Source of the DNA: Catajapyx aquilonaris
Taxonomy: Eukaryota
Direction: 5' to 3'
DNA: 61,505 bases
Assembly: GCA_000934665.2 (NCBI GenBank)
Contig: JYFJ02002180.1
Location: 1-61,505 of the forward strand
Positions 12,787-25,668 of the stretch are shown one piece after another. How positions within the stretch are numbered: position 1 is the stretch's first letter; every line of letters begins with the position of its first letter. A program made the translations under genes and the position numbers. Under the pieces are notes generated by a model. The model did not search any database. It was not told where the DNA came from and worked only from the letters and a program-made list of their open reading frames with translations.

Positions 12787-14540
12787 CTAAACTGTCACGT
12801 TAAGTCCAAGAGTACTGAGAGTAGTTGCGTCCACATGTTCAGCTCCTTTAAACTGCGCCAAGATTATGAAATAAGTAGTTATAGTCCCCAGGATCTGAAA
12901 AATAAAATGCAGATTAATTCCATTGCTATTGTAGCATTGCCATTTACTTACACATGTAACAAGTCCGTATTGAATGGAGAAGAAGTGCGACGCTGTGATT
13001 TGTATCGGAGGACCAAGCATCAGCTGCAGCATAGGTTTCGCCTCCAGATTTATGAAAGGTTCAAAGCATGTCATTTTGCATTGTTTGACTTGTGACTGAA
13101 TATGTAACAATGTTTCTTACAAAAGCGATTTGCTTCCGGTTGGTCGAATAAGTCCGTATGTTCGTCAGATCACCAATTCTTTCTGTGGACTTATCACGAA
13201 AGTAAACAAGATTAGAAAAAAAACATGGACATTATGATTCAATACGAATTACAAAAAATTTTCCTGGCTAGTAGGCTACTGTACAGCACAAAAGCACACC
13301 GCACGCGAAGTGTCATTTTTACCTCTCTAAGGACTCATCCACGCCTAGTTATCGCATGTTGAAAGGCCCTCATTAGATATATAGACCCACTTAATTAGGG
13401 TGCCATTGTGTTACTAAGTATTTAGCTCTATAACTACCCTAAAATTGGCCTCAAAGGTGCCACACTTTAAATATTTTACATGCATATACTGCAAAGGTAG
13501 TTATTAAAATTACATCATACCTCTGTAGATATTTTACCCATACGTGTTGTGAGAAAGACGACAAGCGCAATGTTCCCAGCGATATAAAGAGCATTAGTTG
13601 CCTCGTCGAATGACCCAGCAGCATCGCTGGTGACAAACACCATATAATACAAGATGGCGATAGTGTCCAACAGAAACGACGCGTATCTAATGGTCAAGAT
13701 GCCCCCGTACACTCTGCTGACCTCTTCCGTCACATCATATAGTTCGACAAAGCTTCTGTAAGCCACATCCAGACCTTTGACATACTCGGGACGTTCAGGG
13801 ATCTTCAATCCAGGACGGGTTTGCAACTGGTTATAAGTCAAGTGCACTATGGAGTTAACCTCCCTGAAGCAGTCTTTGATAACCATGGCCATGAAAATGG
13901 CCTGCATCACCGGCATGTTCAGAATCATGGAACAGTGAGACTGTAGCAGGATCAACAATACGTCCGAAGTCTGAACAGGTCCTCTGCATCCGTCCATAAA
14001 GGGTCCAACTAGTGAAATGGCCGTGGCCATGGCCAGACCCACAGCACCGAACACTAACAAGCACGAGTGTCTCCATAATGTTCGTTTCACATCCTGAGGC
14101 CACATGTCCATCTCCACGTACGACATCCGCTCCAGAAGTTGATGTATCCTACCAGCTTTGGTCTGAATCGTGACGAACACTATCAACGGAAGGAGAAGTT
14201 CAGCCGCGTACATGATGGCGTTACTGGACAGACTAGTGGGTGCCGCATCCTTCAAAAGTGTCCATGCTTGTGGCGGTGAGGCGAAGCACCATGTGAAGCA
14301 GGACACTAGGACTAACCCATTGGCTACAACCGGCCATCGTTGGACATACTTCTTCCGGCGTGTCCAGTGACGCAGGAATGAACAAGGCAACAGTCCGACC
14401 ACGGTTGAGACATTAGCCACAGGCTGGAAGGCCGTCTTCAGCCACGGTTTTGGCCTGTTGGTCCACACCATCCTTGGGGTGTCCACAAACCCGTCCATGA
14501 TACTAACCAGGCGAATAGTAACTGACTGATTGCGTGACAT
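12787..14540 (-). CDS. Gustatory receptor GR-5, ~428 aa (alternative start 14498)
   Basis: Exons 14540-13521, 13189-13121, 13041-12952, 12894-12787; TYFIILAQF. The exon-3 acceptor is a weak GAG. Confidence 0.88.
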
Positions 14541-15953
14541 TGGCTGTCGTAAAAGCAAACTGTCGTAAGGAATTCAGGAGAAATGATTGGCAGATGATGT
14601 ACGATTGTCTCCTTGGTGAAACATTATGGTGGGCTTGTTGTCAGGGGTGCTTTAGGCCAATTGATCGGTGCAAAAATGAAGGTGAATTATGTCACCTGAG
14701 ACGCTCAGAGTTGCGTCTGGATTTATTAAGGGAAAGTTTATGGTTAGGACAAAATGAGTTATTAAGGCAACATTGACATTGTTTTATGGTGTCTGGTTGC
14801 ATCGACTATAGAAAATAGTGCCAGAATTGACCATTCATTGTTGACAGAAATTAATCACAAAATTTTCTGGCACTTTTCCAGCAGAAAATAATTACTCGAA
14901 CACTGTAAGTACTGCGAATAATCCTGAAAAGGAGAGAATGAGTGTAATGAAACTTAGGCCTACTAGTAAATTTCTCCTTCTTTTATTACACATTACATAC
15001 ACTGAGTTACAACTCAATTCGGCTAACAATTTATTTGCATTAAGCTAATAATTATTTTTCGGCTTTTAGCTCAGCTGGCATCAGCTGTCCTGGGTCGATG
15101 TCACCATTGTTGTCAGGCTACAGCACACATTTTATTGGCAAGTTATCTGACGTAATCTTACAGTTATTGTGCGAGGTACTTACCAGACTTATCACACTGA
15201 AAGTACAATCGCATTGTGTAATATTTTGTTGACTCATAAGTACATGTGCGGTATGTCAAAGTAGAAACTGATCGTCCTACTTATTTTTTATTTTTTATTT
15301 ATTTTTTATTAATTTACCTCAGGGGGAAGGGGAGGTTCCCGAGGGAGGGCGCTGTAATTTTTGTCATTTCTGACTTTCTGAAATACACCAGACCTTTTCT
15401 CCTAGCCCTGGGCAGAGTAGGGGGTGCAATATAGTCCTACTAATTACAAAACTGGACAAATCGGGGCACAACTGTTGGTTTCATTTAGTTTGCAGCTAAC
15501 CTTAAATTATTCTAAATAATTATACTGTATATTAATTCCTACTGCACAGTAAAATTAAATCATTTTTTACAGTTACGTATGTATAGTAAAAAATAATGGT
15601 ACACATTATTATATTTTTGATGCATAGCTCATACATACAGACCTAGCTATTAATTAAATATACTACATAATAACTCATCCATCACTAAGAATACAAATCC
15701 ATGCACATCTTACCCTCATTGGGTCATCATACTACAGGGTGATGCACTGCACATATCCTTCACAAATCAGTGTAAAATACCTTTCCTTCTCATAAATACC
15801 GCCAGAAAATGGCTACCGAGCGATGAGAGATCCATTCAAAGCAAAACAATAAGGTGCTGTTGCGTCTAAAGGTGCCCCATGTTTCGAAGGAGACCCCCCC
15901 CCCCCACATACAGCGATTGGCACACCATTCATCCCCCTCCACTAACAATGTAC

Positions 15954-15985
15954 TATAAAAGAGCCGGCGAATCAGGCTCACAGTA
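15954..15985 (+). promoter_or_regulatory. TATA box and Inr-like core promoter of the secreted-peptide gene
   Basis: TATAAAA at 15954-15960, with TCACAGT about 25 nt downstream. Confidence 0.6.
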
Positions 15986-16053
15986 TCGCCCTCCCTTCGG
16001 GGCGAACAATTTAACTCATAGCTTCGGTGGAGTGATAGCAGACTGAAGTCGAA

Positions 16054-16698
16054 ATGTCGGCCAAGGCAAGTTGACTTTATAGCCCACTTTACATGGCGAG
16101 GTTGTTTCCAATTTTTTTTCTGACCAGTGCCTAAGTGTCACCATGTGGATCACGAGGACATTGTTGTACAGAGAAGAAATTTCGGAGGGGGCCCCCATTT
16201 CAGAAGCACTAGATGAACAAGGCGTTAATGGCAGGAGCAAACCCGCCGCAGGGGGAATATTTGTTAGGGTGCAAGATCACACGAGCTTAGGTGAATGTGG
16301 GAGATTTGATGAAATTGGTAGCACTTTTTTCAAAAAAAAAGCATTTCAGTGTACATGTAAGATCTTCACAATAGAAAGGGTTGATAGGCGCTGATAGTAC
16401 CAGGCATGACTTCGTTCTGATTACGTTTCAGGTGGTCTTCCTTTTTATTCTGGCTGCTGTGGTTCTGGTAGCTGCAATTGCCAGACCGTACTACGACCAT
16501 GATAGTGCGGCCTACGACTATCGTCCACAATCAGCCTCATACCGACGAGGAGGAGACATCTATCCGAGGGGTTCGAAAAAGATGAGAAACAGACCAGCTG
16601 CAAGCAGGACGAGAGGTTACGACCGATTACGTCAAAGGAACTATCCAGATCGACCAGATGCCTACGACTACAGCTTCGACTCACGTTACACATACTAA
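16054..16698 (+). CDS. Small secreted Tyr/Arg/Asp-rich protein, ~92 aa (cuticle-protein-like gene layout)
   Basis: Exon 1 is ATG TCG GCC AAG (16054-16065) with an AAG|gcaagt GC donor. Acceptor tttcag| leads to exon 2 (16432-16698). Product MSAKVVFLFILAAVVLVAAIA-RPYYDHD...YDYSFDSRYTY; AATAAA at 16748. Confidence 0.7.
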
Positions 16699-17322
16699 TC
16701 ATTTGCAACAGTTGGACTTTTGTCTATTAGCTGTTTACATTTATTTGAATAAATCACTAGCTACCTTTGACAAATAATTGGAAATGTTGATTTCCGTCAG
16801 CTGTTTCAGTGACGATTGAAGTGACAAAAAAAACTAATTTCAATATTGCTTCTACAAAAAATGCTATCTTTATTTCAGTTGTAAATGGTAGATTCTATTG
16901 TTATTTATCTGTGCAAGATTGTGTTAATACTCTATAGAAGTTGGGTTATCTCTTGTTTACGTAGTACATGTCCATTGTACTTGGTTTCTCTGAAAGGTGA
17001 GATACTGTAACTTTTAAAAGTACGCTAAGGTTATAAGATTATAATCAATTACACTTACGCATTTATAGTTATGATAGTGACTACAAATGATATGCATTTC
17101 AGGTATGGAGATGGCGATTGTTGCTATCAAGCTCCAACTGGAAGGAAGTGTTTCTGTATGAATGTTATGCAACACTCTAATCGTGCTAATAAACATGCAC
17201 ATCATTATCATTCGGGAGTGGGTATGGGCATGGTGATAATTTATTTCTGGTTGCTTGTACATTGGAGTAGTAGAGATTAGACCATTGTCATCATTGCTGC
17301 ACAGTGTGTGTGAACTGCGACA

Positions 17323-18201
17323 ATGATGCTGCTCTTTTCTCTGTTGATGTTCTTGGTCGCCGTCCTGGCGAAAGCTGAAGAAATTGTACGTACATGGTGA
17401 TCACTTGTACGACGAAATCTGTTGGCACTAAACTAAATCAATTGCTATTTGTTTAAATGTAACAATGACATTTACACCCATTTTTCTGCGCCAGTCAAGC
17501 CAATGCGGACCGCTCCCTGCACATGATGAAATTCCTAATCCTGATGGAATGTTTCGTGCACAATCAGATATTTGCGAGGCAAATGGAGAGGAGCAAAAGG
17601 TAAGTAGTAATATTCTACAAGTATGCAGTTCCCTAATTGTCAGACTTTGCCTACGCTCTGATTAAATTGTCGTAAAAAATATTGCTACTGGAGTAAGCCA
17701 AGTGTTGATATCTTATTTCAAATTTCAGTGTCTCATGCAATGTTCAATGGAAGCACTTCATGTGGTATGTATTTATCCAAATCATCATGCCATTATTTTG
17801 CGAAAATAATTAATCAACAATTTTATTAACCCTGTTTCTGACCTCCATTAGCTAGACGACGATGGCGAGATAGACCCGGAGAAGTTGGCCAACATAATGA
17901 TACCCACCTGGGGATATGATGAGCTCAAAGCTGTCCTAGCTGAAAGTGTTAGAAAATGCGAAACTAAAAGTAAAGATTGCCCTTATTTTATGGCATGTTT
18001 GTTGCGAGGAAATTAATTTGTTGACATTATCTGTCAATCATTTCAGTGCGAAGATATTCAGCATTTGCGGATGATTCGTGTGTACTGAAGGAAAAGGTTG
18101 CAATGTGCACTTTCATGCACTTTATTGAGGTATACTTCACTACAATCTTTAATTTGTTGCAATATTGAACAACCGTTTCTTTGCAGAAATGTTCTGCCTA
18201 A
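17323..18201 (+). CDS. OBP-like secreted protein A1 (8 Cys), ~139 aa
   Basis: Exons 17323-17385, 17495-17599, 17729-17764, 17852-17969, 18047-18129, 18187-18201. Signal peptide, then C-x22-C-x8-C-x3-C-x42-C-x14-C-x8-C-x8-C with LDDDGEID after C3. Confidence 0.82.
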
Positions 18202-18764
18202 TGAGGAAGATCTATGAACAGGCAGAAACACAAAGGAATCCAACATGCATATCTCATAGTTTATAATCCAACAAAGTCTAACTAAACCCATTATCAAAAA
18301 CTAACGAAAAATTCTTGCTACACAAAATGCATTTTTTTCCCTGCAGAAATGCATTTTGACCCAGGTAACTTTCAGTATGTAGACTACCAAAGTTTCTTAT
18401 AAGCAGTTAATTCAATTTATACTTTCCTTCCACCTGCTGAGCAACCTCACCGCACCTTACCTCCCTTTTGATGAATGTTTTCCAAAATTCTGTCTACATC
18501 GAATAGAAGAAAAATCAAGAAAATATGGGTCAGAATAAAAAAACCATTCACAATGTTCATTTTATTGCTTCAGTCATCCCCACCCATGCCTCCTTTACTA
18601 CATATAATTTGAAAAGTCAAAATAGAAACAAGAAGTTATATACGGATTCGAATTTTAGTTAAGTTTTTTTTTAAATATTTTTCTGAAGGGTCATATTATT
18701 GGTCATTGCATCTTCCAGTGTCCAGTGTACGGTCATCGATCTTACTCTTTCAGCCATCTTCTTA

Positions 18765-19685
18765 TTACATGACACGCACGTCACACTCCTAAAACGGAAT
18801 GATTTTAAGCAATGACAATTAATACATTATAAATTATTGTGTATAACTTACTTCTTCATATGGACGGAATGCACAATTGTAAATTTCGGCATATTTTTCA
18901 GGGCAATCATCACTAGCTGAAAACGTAAACGAATGTATTTACCAAACTATTCTGAAATATATTTTTTCTGATTATCTGATTAACCAATGATTGTACCAAT
19001 ACCTTCTGAGACGCATTTAGAAATTTGTCCTGTCAAATAGGCCTTGGCTTCATCGCTTCCTGCAGGGAAATGAATGCTTTGGACAACATTTTCTGGTATC
19101 AAGTTACCTTCATCATCAAGCTGGAATAAAACCAAGTCGGTTTGTATAACTAATGATTACAAGCAAAAAAAAGTTCCGGACAACGGATCCTGGTGCTATG
19201 AAACCGTCAATATTCTCGCAAAGTGAAGGTCTTCTTTTCATTACTTCCACCTTGCTAAAGTGCTGATGGTTAAATAGCTCCTGCATACAATATTGATTGA
19301 TTTTTTTCTATTTGACAAAGTACATACCCAGTTAATCATATCCATTATGCACATCGCCATGTCACACTGGAAATAAAAATTCACGTTGCAAGAGACATTC
19401 TCTTGGATAATAATAATAATAATAATCGTTGCATGCACAATACTCTGACCTCATCTCCAGCAGCTTCACAGGTTTGAGAGACGCCGTAAAGCATCCATCC
19501 ATGGCCTTCCCTCCATTTAGAATCAGGTTTTGCGCAATAGCTAGGCTTATCTGGCTACATGATTGTGGATTAGTAAACCGTTTTCCAAATGCAATTACTC
19601 CCATGCTACTTACTTGGTCATCAGCATTCACCACCAAAGCTGAGAGAAGCAGCAGAAACGAAAAGGTCAGCATAGTCGCAGGCAT
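18765..19685 (-). CDS. OBP-like secreted protein B1 (8 Cys), ~140 aa
   Basis: Exons 19685-19614, 19554-19450, 19366-19328, 19120-19003, 18916-18852, 18788-18765. Pattern C-x21-C-x6-C-x4-C-x42-C-x7-C-x9-C-x8-C; same intron phases (0,0,0,1,0) and 118-nt exon 4 as A1. Confidence 0.82.
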
Positions 19686-19832
19686 CCGTCAACCGGAATG
19701 AAGTATGTTACTTGCAACAGTAGATTGTTGATATCAACTGAGTCTTGCTGTACTGTTTCCGCAACACATAGATGTAATGGCACACTCTGTTCATGTAATC
19801 ATAAGTGTTTTATGTTGATACCGGTTATGCCG

Positions 19833-20166
19833 AACTAGCAGGATACCCGGCGTTGCTCGGGTTATGAAATATTTTTCCATAGGAGTGACTCATAGGAGGT
19901 GTTGGAAACCAGTATTACCCAAGACAGCGCTACCATTGTGGCGTTTATCCACGTTGGGCGCCATTGTGACGGCCCGAGGTTCGCCCCGGATCCGCCCCTA
20001 GCTAGCTCATACCAAGCAAACTAGGTGGGTTCGTTGAGCACTGGTTTATTGGACCTTCCTGGTCCCAACCTGAGTACAAACTGCCTTTTACGACGTAAAC
20101 CCGCTGGGAGGGAAAGGCCGGGTTCCACCACCAATAGGGTGGTCAGGGTCAAACAAGTTACAATGT
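19833..20166 (+). mobile_element. Non-autonomous element fragment (Helitron/HINE-like 5' hairpin) at duplication junction 1
   Basis: Begins AACTAGCAGGAT followed by hairpin ACCCGGCGTTGCTCGGGT (19845-19862). Absent from the outer flanks of the array. Confidence 0.5.
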
Positions 20167-20357
20167 TCCAACTGGAAGGAAGTGTTTCTATAGGAATTTT
20201 ATGCAACACTCTAATCGTGCTAATAAACATGCACAGCATTATCATTCAGGAGTAGGTATGGGCATGATGATAATTTATTTCTGGTTGCTTTCACAGTGGA
20301 GTATAGTAGAGATTAGACCATTGTCATCATTCTGCACAGTGTGTGTGAACTGCGACA

Positions 20358-21245
20358 ATGATCCTGCTCTTTTCTCTGTTGATGTTCTTGGTCGCCGTTC
20401 TGGCAAAAGCTGAAGAAATTGTACGTACATGGTGATCACTTGTACGACCAAATCAGTTGCACTAAACTAAACCAATCTGTTTATTACATTTAAAAAAATG
20501 TAACAATGACATTTACACCCATTTTTCTGCGCCAGTCAAGCCAATGCGGACCGCTCCCTGCACATGATGAAATTCCTAATCCTGATGGAATGTTTCGTGC
20601 ACAATCAGATATTTGCGAGGCAAATGGAGAGGAGCAAAAGGTAAGTAGTAATATTCTACAAGTATGCAGTTCCCTAATTGTCAGACTTTGCCTACGCTCT
20701 GATTAAATTGTCGTAAAAAATATTGCTACTGTAGTAAGCCAGTGTTGATAATTATCTTATTTCAAATTTCAGTGTCTCATGCAATGTGCAATGGAAGCAC
20801 TTCATGTGGTATGTATTTATCCAAATCATCGTGCCATTATTTTGCGAAAATAATTAATCAACAATTTTAATAACCCTGTTTCTGACCCCGATTAGCTAGA
20901 CGACGATGGCGAGATAGACCCGGAGAAGTTGGCCAACATAATGATACCCACCTGGGGATATGATGAGGTCAAAGCTGTCATAGCTGAAAGTGTTAGAAAA
21001 TGCGAAACTAAAAGTAAAGATTGCCCTTATTTTATGGCATGTTTGTTACGAGGAAATTAATTTGTTGACATTATCTGTCAATCATTTCAGTGCGAAGATA
21101 TTCAGCTTTTGCGGATGATTCGTGTGTACTGAAGGAAAAGGTTGCAATGTGCACTTTCATGCACTTTATTGAGGTATACTGCACTACAATCTTTAATTTG
21201 TTGCAATATTGAATAATCGTTTCTTTGCAGAAATGTTCTCCCTAA
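20358..21245 (+). CDS. OBP-like protein A2
   Basis: Near-identical copy of A1 with all six exons open, ending KCSP-stop; about 5 amino-acid differences from A1 by manual count. Confidence 0.82.
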
Positions 21246-21782
21246 TGAGGAAGATCTATGAACAGACAGAAGCACAAAGGAATCCGACATGCATATCTCA
21301 TTGCTTAAAATCCAACAAAGTCTAACTAAACCCATTATAAAAAACTAACAAAATTTATATTTTTGGTCTACAGCAATGCATTTTGACCTAGGTAACTATC
21401 AGTATGTACCAATGTTTCTTATAAGCAGTTAATTCAATTTATACTTTCCTTCCACCTGCTGAGCAACCTTACCTCCCTTTTGACGATAATTTTCCAAAAT
21501 TCTGTCTACATCTAATAGAAGAAAAATCAAGAAAATATGGGCCAGAATAAATCCATTCACAATGTTCATTTTATTGCTTCAGTCATCCCCACCCATGCCT
21601 CTTTTACTACATATAATTTGAGAAGTCAAAATAGCAACAAGAAGTTATATAATTCATTTCGAATTTTAGTGAAGTTTTTTTTAAAATTTTCTAAAGGATC
21701 ATATTATTGGTCATTGCATCTTCCAGTGTCCAGCGGTGTCCAGTGAATGGTCATCGATCTTACTCTTTCAGCCATCTTCTTA

Positions 21783-22702
21783 TTACAGGACACTCACGTC
21801 ACACTCCTAAAAAGGAATGATTTTAAGCAATGACAATTAATACATTATTATTTTGTATAACTTATTACTTCTTCATATGGACGGAATGCACAATGGTAAA
21901 TTTCGGCATATTTTTCAGGGCAATCATCACTAGCTGAAAACGTAAACGAATGTATTTACCAAACTATTCTGCAATATATTTTTTTCTGATTATCTGATTA
22001 ACCAATGATTGTACCAATACCTTCTGAGACGCATTTAGAAATTTGTCCTGTCAAATATGCCTTGGCTTCATCGCTTCCTGCAGGGAAATGAATGCTTCGG
22101 ACAACATTTTCTGGTATCAAGTTACCTTCATCATCAAGCTGGAATAAAACCAAATGGGTTTATATAAGCAATGATTACAAGCACAGGTCTAGTCAATGCC
22201 AAAAAAGTTCCGGACAACGGATCCTGGTGCTATGCAACCGTCAATATTCTCGCAAAGTGAAGGTCTTCTTTTCATTACTTCCACCTTGCTAAAGTGCTCA
22301 TGGTTAAATAGCCCTTGCATACAATTTTTTTCTCCATTTGACAAAGTACATACCCAGTCAACCATATCCATTAGGCACATCGCAATGTCACACTGGAAAT
22401 AAAAATGCACATTGCAAGAGACATTCTCTTGGATAATAATAATCGTAGCATGCACAATACTCTGACCTCATCTCCAGCAGCTGCACAGGCTCTAGAGACA
22501 CCGTAAAGCATCCATCCATGGCCTTCCCTCCATTTAGAATCACTTTCTGCGCAATAGCTGGGCTTATCTGGCTACATGATTGTCGATTAGCAAAACGATT
22601 TCCAAATGCAATTACTCCCAGGCTACTTACTTGGTCATCAGCATTCACCACCAAAGCTGAGAGAAGCAGCAGAAACGAAAAGGTCAGCATAGTCGCAGGC
22701 AT
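21783..22702 (-). CDS. OBP-like protein B2
   Basis: Copy of B1 with six open exons and 8 Cys, ending ECDVSVL-stop. Confidence 0.8.
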
Positions 22703-22848
22703 CCGTCAACCGGAATGGAGTATGTCACTAGCAACAGTAGAATGTTGATATCAACTGAGTCTTGCTGTACTGTTTCCGCAACACATAGATGCAATGGCAC
22801 ACTCTGTTCATGTAATCATAAGTGTCCATGTTGATACCGGTTATGCCG

Positions 22849-23146
22849 AACTAGCAGGATACCCGGCGTTGCTCGGGTTATGAAATACTTTTTCATAGGA
22901 GTGACTCATAGGAGGTGTTGGAAACCAGTATTACCCAAGACAGCGCTACCATTGTGGCGTATATCCACGTTGGGCGCCATTGTGACGACCCGGGGTTCGT
23001 TGAGCACTGGTTTATTGGACCTTCCTGGTCCCAACCTGAGTACAAACTGCGTTTTACGACCTAAACCCGCTAGGAGGGAAAGGCCGCGGGTTCCACCACC
23101 AATAGGGTGGTCAGCCTGGTGGTCAGTGTCAAACAAGTTACAATGT
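22849..23146 (+). mobile_element. Second copy of the junction element
   Basis: Same sequence as 19833-20166, lacking 50 bp between two GGTTCG direct repeats. Confidence 0.5.
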
Positions 23147-23335
23147 TCCAACTGGAAGGAAGTGTTTCTATAGGAATTTTATGCAACACTCTAATCGTGC
23201 TAATAAACATGCACAGCATTATCATTCAGGAGTAGGTATAGGCATGATGATAATTTATTTCTGGTTGCTTTCACATTGGAGTAGTAGAGATTAGACCATT
23301 GTCATCATTCTGCACAGTGTGTGTGAACTGCGACA

Positions 23336-24230
23336 ATGATGCTGCTCTTTTCTCTGTTGATGTTCTTGGTCGCCGTTCTGGCAAAAGCTGAAGAAATTGT
23401 ACGTACTGTACATGGTGATCACTTGTACGACCAAATCAGTTGCACTAAACTAAACCAATCTGTTTATTACATTTAAAAAAATGTAACAATGACATTTACA
23501 CCCATTTTTCTGCGCCAGTCAAGCCAATGCGGACCGCTCCCTGCACATGATGAAATTCCTAACCCTGATGGAATGTTTCGTGCACAATCAGATATTTGCG
23601 AGGCAAATGGAGAGGACCAATAGGTAAGTAGTAATATTCTACAAGATTAGTATGCAGTTCCCTAATTGTCAGACTTTGCCTACGCTCTGATGAAATTGTC
23701 GCAAAAAATATTTTTACTGTGGTAAGCCAGTGTTGATAATTATCTTATTTCAAATTTCAGTGTCTCATGCAATGTGCAATGGAAGCACTTCATGTGGTAT
23801 GTATTTATCCAAATCATCATGCCATTATTTTGTGAAAATAATTAATCCACAATTTTAATAACCCTGTTTCTGACCCCCATTAGCTAGACGACGATGGCGA
23901 GATAGACCCGGAGAAGTTGCCCAACATAATCATACCCACCTGGGGCTCAAAGCTCAAAGCTGTCCTACCTGAAAGTGTTAGAAAATGCGAAACTAAAAGT
24001 AAAGATTGCCCTTATTTTATGGCAGGTTTGTTACGAGGAAATTAATTTGGCGACATTATCTGTCAATCATTTCAGTGAGAAGATATTCAGCATTTGCTGA
24101 TGATTCGTGTGTACTGAAGGAAAAGGTTGCAATGTGCACTTTCATGCACTTTATTGAGGTATACTGCACTGCAATCTTTAATTTGTTGCAATATTGAACA
24201 ACCGTTTCTTTGCAGAAATGTTCTGCCTAA
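23336..24230 (+). pseudogene. OBP-like A3 pseudogene
   Basis: AAG to TAG nonsense change at 23621-23623 (end of exon 2), plus an in-frame 3-nt loss in exon 4. Confidence 0.8.
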
Positions 24231-24765
24231 TGAGGAAGATCTATGAACAGGCAGAAGCACAAAGGAATCCGACATGCATATCTCATAGTTTAAAATCCAA
24301 CAAAGGCTAACTAAACCCATTATAAAAACTAACGAAAAATTCTTGCTACACAAAATTCATTTTTTTCCTGCATTTTTGACCTATGGAACTATCAGTATGT
24401 ACCAATGTTTCTTATAAGCAGTTAATTCAATCTATACTTTCATTCCACTTGCTGAGCAACCTTACCTCCCTTTTGACGGATATTTTCCAAAATTCTGTCT
24501 ACATCGAATAGAAGAAAAACCAAGAAAATATATGTCATAATAAATCTATTCACAATGTTCATTTTATTGCTTCACTCATCCCCAGTTCCCCACCCATACC
24601 TCCTATACTACACATAATTATTTGAGAAGTCAAAACAACAACAAAGAAGTTATATAATTAATTTCGAATTTTAGTGAAGTTTTGATTTAATTTTCTGAAG
24701 GGTACATATTATTGGGCATTGCATCTTCCAGTATGGTCATCGATCTTACTCTTTCAGCCATCTTC

Positions 24766-25668
24766 TTATTTCGTGAGCCCCACATCACACTCCTAAAAGG
24801 GTATGATTTTAAGCAATGACAATTAATATATTATTATTTTGTATAACTTACCTTTTGATATGGACCGATTGCACATTCGAGAATTTCGGTATATTTTTCA
24901 GGGCACTCATCACCAGCTGAAAACGTAAACGGATAATATATTTTCCAAACTATTCTACAATATATTTTTTCTGATTATCTGATTAACCAATGATTGCATC
25001 GGTACCTTCTGAGACGCATTTAGAAATTTGCCCTGTCAAATAGGCCTTGCTTCATCGCTTCCTGCAGGGAAATTAATACTTTGGACAACATTTTCTGGTA
25101 TCATGTTACCTTCATCATCAAGCTGGAATAAAACCAAGTCGGGTTGTATAACCAATGATTACAAGCAAAAAAAAAAAGTTCCTGGTCCTATGAAACCGTC
25201 AATATTCTCGCAAAGTGAAGGTCTTCTTTTCATTACTTCCACCTTGCTAAAGTGCTGATGGTTAAATAGCTCCTGCATACAATATTGATTGATTTTTTTC
25301 TATTTGACAAAGTACATACCCAGTCAATCATATCCATCATGCACATCATCAAGTCACACTGGAAATAAAAATGCACATTGCAAGAGACATTCTCTTGGAT
25401 AATAATAATCGTTGGATGCACAATACTCTGACCTCATCTCCAGCAGCTTTACAGGCTCGAGAGACACCCATCAGCATCCATCCATGGCTTTCCCTCCATT
25501 TAAAATCAGGTTCTGCGCAATAGCTGGGCTTATCTGGCTGCATGATTGTCGATTAGCAAAACTTTTTCCAAATGGAATTACTCCCAGACTACTTACATGG
25601 TCATCAGCATTCACCACCAAAGCTGAGAGAAGCAGCAGAAACGAAAAGGTCAGCATAGTTGCAGGCAT
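24766..25668 (-). pseudogene. OBP-like B3, frameshifted
   Basis: 1-nt deletion in exon 4 near 25049 (TAGGCCTTGCTTC versus TAGGCCTTGGCTTC in B1). The other exons are open, so an assembly error is possible. Confidence 0.7.

Noticed and set aside
2753..14540. Odorant receptor interpretation of the 7TM genes
   Set aside because: The TYxxxLxQF motif and three 3' phase-0 introns indicate GRs.
15290..15435. Possible short retroelement fragment
   Set aside because: No TSD, second copy or diagnostic motif in the window.
19362..19685. 107-aa single-exon secreted ORF (and copies at 22388 and 25471)
   Set aside because: Reads through intron 1 into the wrong frame. The spliced model restores the conserved Cys pattern, and this frame is broken in copy 3.
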